A stretch of DNA of 64,000 nucleotides from Octopus bimaculoides (Eukaryota). The position numbers were made by a program, and so were the translations under genes. The DNA lies in NCBI RefSeq assembly GCF_001194135.2, contig NC_068996.1, positions 38,607,510-38,671,509 on the forward strand. The letters are read 5' to 3'. Each line of letters opens with the position of its first letter. The first letter of the stretch is position 1. Below, in pieces: positions 58,765-64,000 of this stretch. Under the pieces are notes generated by a model. The model was not told the DNA's origin, did no database searches, and saw nothing but the letters and a program-made list of their open reading frames with translations.

Positions 58765-58778
58765 AATAAAGAAATAAA
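58765..58778 (+). promoter_or_regulatory. Tandem AATAAA signals, candidate distal poly(A) site of HECTD1
   Basis: AATAAA at 58765-58770 and 58773-58778, followed by a T/GT-rich tract at ~58798-58820. More proximal AATAAA at 55337, 55618 and 55743. Confidence 0.4.
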
Positions 58779-59589
58779 ATATATGATTTTAAGATATGCT
58801 TGTTTTCGTTTTATTTATATATCATTTTTACTAGAATTGTTAGATAAACTGTAATGTTGATCTCTCTGGCATTAGTAACATGAGATGACTACCTACAAAC
58901 ATGAAGTAAAATTGGATCATTTCTGGCTCCCTAGAAATTTGCTTTTACTCTACAGTTCACAATTATTTAATGATAGAAACATCAATTTTTTTGTTTGGTA
59001 TAGAACAAGTATATATTTTTAATTTGGTTGTGTTTATATTATATTATCTAAACTGGTCTACAGTCGCTGGTTTGAATGGCTTATAAAACAATTGAATATT
59101 GTAATCCTTAAGAGTTGTGAATTTATTGCTAAGCATATTTTCATCAGCCTTAAAATTTGAAATACTATAGGATTACCTCAGTGGAACTACATTATCATTT
59201 ATCACTCAGTGATTTCAAAACATTGAAAATAAATATTTACCTCATGAGATGGTAGCCAGCAGTGTTGTCACAGTTTGATTACACATCCAGTATCTTAACA
59301 TAGTAAGAGAAAAGTAATCTGATATGTCAAATGCAATAATCTTAATTTTTACAATGTTATGGTAAGCTTACTTGCCTAGACAATATTACTTTCACTATCA
59401 AACAACATACATGGAAACATCAATCCTGAAAGTGTTGAAATCAATCCTGTACTGAGGGGGGTGGGGTATTTATTTTATGTATTGGACCTAGAGAAATGTG
59501 AAGCACCCCCATGACCTGCTGATACTTCTAGACCAAGGTGATTGGTGTTATCAATGCTTCCTTGTCTGAGGAAGAGAATTCCAGAGGGC

Positions 59590-59935
59590 ACATAAAAGCA
59601 CTAAGTGCATTGGGCCTCATGGAGCCAGTGACGTCAAGCCAAGTAAGATCATAGTTGTAGCTGATGCCAGTGTTGCATAACTGGCCTGTTAAAAGCACCC
59701 TTCAATTGTTGGGCAATATGCTGTGCTTGTGAAGACCAGTGAAACTGTAGTTGTGGCTGATGCCAGTGCCACCTCACTGGTACCCATCAGTAGCACATAA
59801 AAAGCACTTCATGCGTTGGGTCTCATGGAGGCAGTGACGTCAAGCCAAGTGAGATTGTAGTCATGGCTGATGCCAGTGTCACGTAACTAGCCTGTTAAAA
59901 GCACCCTTCAATACTGTGCTTGTGAAGACCTATTC
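59590..59935 (+). repeat. Tandem ~205-bp duplication of a family-C internal fragment
   Basis: AAAAGCAC...TTGGG.CTCATGGAG.CAGTGACGTCAAGCCAAGT.AGAT..TAGT..T.GCTGATGCCAGTG...GCCTGTTAAAAGCACCCTTCAAT, twice. Confidence 0.75.
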
Positions 59936-59944
59936 AGGTATTCA

Positions 59945-60660
59945 AGTAAAGAAACCCTTGATATCATTCTTAACCTCTTTGCAGTTTTATAAATTGTTTT
60001 CCATGTTGCAATGATCTGAAAAGAGGATGGCTAAGACGGAACAAGGTCAGAAGAGTAAGGATAATGAGGTAAAACTTCCATATTTAGTGCCATAATCTTT
60101 CCCTGAATGACTTGGGCAATATGTTGTCTAACATTATCTTGCAAGAGCACCGGCCTATCATGAATGATGGTCACTCTTTGCAAATTTTTGTGCAAAGCTT
60201 TCAATTGACAATATTTCTCTGCATTAGCTGTTTCATTATAGAGAATCCATCTAAGGTGGCGAGCTGGCAGAAACATTAGCACGCCGGGCGAAATGCTTAG
60301 CGGTATTTCGTCTGTCTTTACGTTCTGAGTTCAACTTCCGCTGAGGTTGACTATGCCTTTCATCCTTTCGAGATCAATAAATTGAGTACCAGTTGCGTAC
60401 TGGGATCAATCTAATCAACTGGCCCCGTCCCCCAAAAGTTTCGGGCCTTGTGCCTAGAGTAGAAAAGATAACAGAAAGTCCATTTTTCATCACTTGTGAT
60501 GATTCTATCCAGGAAAGTTTTGGTAGCCAATCTACTTTTCAGTGATGAGCAAATGGTAAATTTTTTATTCAGCTGAGAAGCAGTCACATGATGAGGGTCC
60601 CATTAACCAAGTTTAGACACTTTTCATAGTTCATGAAAGTGGTTTATGATTTAAATGTGT
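59945..60660 (-). pseudogene. Mariner (DD34D-type) transposase remnant, interrupted by a SINE
   Basis: Minus strand: WDPHH (WVPHEL-like, ~60587-60602), FLDRIITSDEKW (~60480-60515), QDNVRQH and YPYSSDLVPS (60031-60250), then a frameshifted LFRSLQ. Confidence 0.85.
60254..60470 (+). mobile_element. SINE family B, young (CpG-rich), inserted in the mariner remnant
   Basis: GGTGGCGAGCTGGCAGAAACATTAGCACGCCGGGCGAAATGC...GCCTTTCATCCTTTCG...GCCTTGTGCCTAGAGTAGAAAAG. Confidence 0.88.
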
Positions 60661-60704
60661 CTTGACTTTGACTATTTTGCTAATTTTCGAAAAATAAAAT
60701 AAAT

Positions 60705-60955
60705 ACAGGGTACTGACCAGCTGCTATCAGTTTGTGCCAGTTTCTTGGACCCCACACCAATTTCCTTTGCAAAATCAGGATAATGGTGGTCCATCTTAGA
60801 TATAAGCCCTGCAAGGTAGAGTGGCTGCTGCAGCAAGTGTTGCTGGCCATAATCTGTGGCAACACCATCATGGTCATGACCACAGGGCATGTCTGAGTAC
60901 GCCATTTGTTTTGGGGTGTGCAGCCCATTGTTCCATCTTTTGCTGCTTCATCATC
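60705..60955 (-). pseudogene. RTE-like LINE RT C-terminal fragment
   Basis: Minus frames give KQQKMEQWAAH (cf. RKWRWAGH) and DFAKEIGVGSKKLAQTDSSW (cf. ...LAQDR..W). Confidence 0.45.
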
Positions 60956-61029
60956 CCCCTATACACACACACTTTTTTTTTCTATTTTCCTATTTCTATT
61001 TGTAATGAATATATAGAGAGGATATTGGG

Positions 61030-62720
61030 AAAAAAATACTCATGAAGTTTGCATGTGTTATGACAAACAAATAAAAAGATCTGACTGTAGGTGTAACATA
61101 ACACTATCAATAGTAGAATGGAAATCATTTGTTTGACAAAAAAAAAAGACTTACTCAGGACCTGTAGATAGTGAAATAACTTCTGGTAGAAAAAGAACTG
61201 CAGAAAGAGCGCAAAGATTTGAAAACAGGAAGGCAAGGATGTGCTAAGAACTAGTTATCAGTTCCCAAGTGGTATTAACGAAGATAGTTGTGATGACAAT
61301 GGACTAAGAGAAAACCAACAAAACAGATTTACTTACGAGGATCTAGCCATCACAGCAGACAGATATCGGGTAAGTTGCAGAGCTGCTGCCACCATTATAA
61401 ATGCAACTTTGAGAGATATTGGAATTTCAAATGATACAAATATGCCAGATAAGAAGGAGTTGGAAAAAACAATATCAGAAAAATGAAAACAGAAAATACA
61501 AAGCTCGACTGCATCGGTTTTGATGGCAGAAAGGATGAAACTAAAACAGCAAGAGGGATGGAAAGTGCAGAGCACTATGTCATTGTGAAAGAGCCCTGTG
61601 ATGAGTATTTAGATCACGTTTCGCCAGATAATGAAACAGCTCGTTGCATGGCAGAAAAAATTATTCCTTTTTTGATTTTGACAGTCAAGAAAGTTTAAAA
61701 GCTGCATTATGTGATGGCACCCCAGTAAACACTGGTCATTTAGGAGGGTTAATTTAAATAATTGAATTATACATAAATAAACCACTTCAGTGGTTGATAT
61801 GTCTGCTAAATATAAATGAACTTCCATTTCGACATGCATTTGAATCCATAGATGAAAAAGTAACAAGATCACGAACATCAAAAGGCTTAAGTGGCAATAA
61901 AATTAAAGAAAATGTAACAAACTTAAAGATAATCAGATTTTCTCCAGTAAAAACTAAAGTGAAGGAATTGGTATTAGAAATTGTTGATACTTTAAACTCA
62001 GATCAAAAATATCTGTATGAAATATGTCTCAGTACTGAAACAGGGTTTGTTTTTGAGCAGTTAGAAGTAAGATCACCTAGTGAAATCCATCTTGCGAGGT
62101 GATTAACATGTGCAAACCGAATTCTTCTCTTATACGTTTCGGAAAAAAATCCCCAAAAGAATATTATGGATCTTGCTAAAATCATAATGCAAGTTTATGC
62201 TCTAAGCTGGTTCTGGATTAAGTCTCACCTAAAGTTACACAAAGGAGCAAGATATGAACCAAGATCATAAAGAAGTTATGGAGAAATCGTTAAAAACTAA
62301 TTCGTATTTTGCCCTTCCGGAGAATATTTTACTGACTATGCTAAATTAGGGAAGTAGCAATTCAGCGAATTATTAAAGCAAGAACTTTTCTCCTAATGTA
62401 CAGTAAAAAATTCAGAAATTTTAAACTACCAAGCAAAATTAATTTTGAAGCACAGGATTATGTTTTGACTAACTGGGAAAATGAAGTTATAATATCCCCT
62501 CCAGTTTTACGGAACTTTACAAATGTTGGTCTTAAAGCTTGTTCAGGACCATAAACGGCAATACCTCTTCCCTGTCATAGCCAAGGAGTCAAGCATGCTA
62601 TCATGTTAGTGACAAAAGCTTCTGAAGTCAGAATAGGCCACGAAAATAGGCACAAATTCATATAAAATGTACAGAAATCAAGACAAAGTTTACTTTACTT
62701 TGACTGGAAAAGACAATGGT
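61030..62720 (+). pseudogene. hAT-superfamily (hATm/hATx-like) transposase pseudogene
   Basis: Frameshifted ORFs carry ADRYRVSCRAAA, IGFDGRKD, EHY, CDGTPVNTG, PLQWLICLLNINELPFRH, SDQKYLY, HLARW, YFA.PEN and PCHSQGVKH. Confidence 0.85.
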
Positions 62721-62769
62721 CATTAAATTAAATAATAAATATTCTCCTTCATTGGAAACGAAACTCGGC

Positions 62770-63160
62770 TTGCAAAGACCTATTGTGGCAAGCGAAGGCG
62801 AAACCGTCATGGCACCTGCGCCCAGCATCGCCTTCCTGGCACGTGTAAAGACATTCGAGCGAGATCGTTGCCAGTGCCGCCGAACTGGCTCCTGTGCAGG
62901 TGGCACGTAAAATACACCATTTTGAGCGTGGCCGTTGCCAGTACTGCCTGACTGGCCTTTGTGCCAGTGGCACGTAAAAGCACCCACTACACTCTCTGAG
63001 TGGTTGGCGTTAGGAAGGGCATCCAGCTGTAGAAACTCTGCCAAATCAGATTGGAGCCTGGTGTAGCCATCTGGTTTCACCAGTCCTCAATCAAATTGTC
63101 CAACCCATGCTAGCATGGAAAGCGGACGTTAAACGACGACGATGATGATGATGATGATTT
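62770..63160 (+). mobile_element. Family-C retroelement copy, young, (GAT)n tail
   Basis: CpG-rich; GTGGTTGGCGTTAGGAAGGGCATCCAGCTGTAGAAAC...GCGGACGTTAAACGACGACGATGATGAT; nearly colinear with 47500-47895. Confidence 0.85.
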
Positions 63161-63912
63161 TATGGTGTTCCCTGTTCATCTATTTCATTTAAGGTTCGTG
63201 CGGTTTTTGTAATTGCATATCATGATAGTCATTAAGAATTTACATTTTTTTAATGTTGAAAGTGCTTTTGTTAATATAGGTTTTTTTTTATAAAAAAAAT
63301 TAATACAAACTATATAAATAAAGATTCCAATCAAATTTTTTTTCAGTTGTGTTGGGGTGGGGGTGCATATAATTTATAAAAAGTTATAAAGGTAATATTT
63401 AACCAATACAAAGTTAATAGCATTAAAATAAGTGTACAATTCCTTAAATTTTCAGTATTCAAAACGCAAAATTGGGGGTGGTGGTTATGCGAGGGGTAGG
63501 GGTGGTCGTATACTTTAAAAAATTTGTCAATTTATTTCTCACGCCAAAATGAACACCAAGCAAATGGAATCAGAATATAAAATTTTGACCCCCTTCCCCC
63601 AATCCCCTAATATATACATGAAGGGAAAATTATATTCGAATGAGCCCTTGCTAAATCTATGGAGCTTATGTGCATATAAGCTGTGTACGCAGTCACAAAA
63701 TTATAATGTGCACATCATATGATCAAAAATCTTCTGATTGCAACTATATTACTTAATATCTTTTCCTCATTATATGACGATAGCATACGATCTAAAGTAG
63801 ATTTGGTTGCTATTTCTAGCGCGGAAATCGTTCACGTAAAATGTTCACTGAATTTTTTTTCTTATCTGTCTCTCTGTGTATGTATGTACATAAGTATATG
63901 TATCTATCTCTC

Positions 63913-63923
63913 TATATATATAT

Positions 63924-64000
<77 letters not shown>
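63913..64000. repeat. (TA)n microsatellite running off the window end
   Basis: Direct inspection. Confidence 0.95.

Noticed and set aside
59590-59935. Repeat-spacer pattern reminiscent of a CRISPR array
   Set aside because: It is two long diverged units of a eukaryotic retroelement, with no short constant repeat or unique spacers and no cas genes.
60718-60958. Minus-strand exon of a neighbouring gene (tag|GGGGAT...GCTG|gtcagt, one open frame)
   Set aside because: Other frames resemble an RTE RT tail, it sits among TE fossils, and no partner exons are visible.
62658-63080. ORFs of 140, 64 and 74 aa
   Set aside because: They are readings through the GC-rich family-C repeat, and similar ORFs occur at its other copy (47389-47887).

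Overview
This is eukaryotic, AT-rich DNA, most likely from an octopus (coleoid cephalopod). The taxon is inferred from the SINE/MITE families and the dense (TA)n/(CA)n microsatellites, not from a database search. One intron-rich gene on the + strand dominates the window: the HECT E3 ubiquitin ligase HECTD1 (Ufd4 family). I traced 42 coding exons by hand from 7864 to the TGA ending at 55259. All visible splice sites are GT/AG and the intron phases are consistent, giving about 2,350 codons. The domains in order are ARM/HEAT-like, ankyrin, SUN/Sad1-UNC, MIB-HERC2, a Ser-rich linker and HECT. About 125 N-terminal codons lie upstream of the window, and one acceptor falls in a 10-N gap. After the gene and a probable ~3.5-kb 3'UTR lies a nested transposon graveyard (mariner, RTE, hAT, SINEs). 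The strongest leads are: (1) a frame-preserving 147-nt candidate cassette exon with a downstream UGCAUG, set in a cluster of alternative and recursive splice options around exons 24-26; (2) a minimal Penelope-type hammerhead ribozyme motif; (3) a Mutator-like foldback element with a 9-bp TSD and SINE tails mirrored in both arms; (4) several closely spaced inverted repeats in introns that should fold into long dsRNA, plausible ADAR substrates in a lineage known for heavy A-to-I editing. Exon numbers count only exons visible in the window. Repeat boundaries are approximate.
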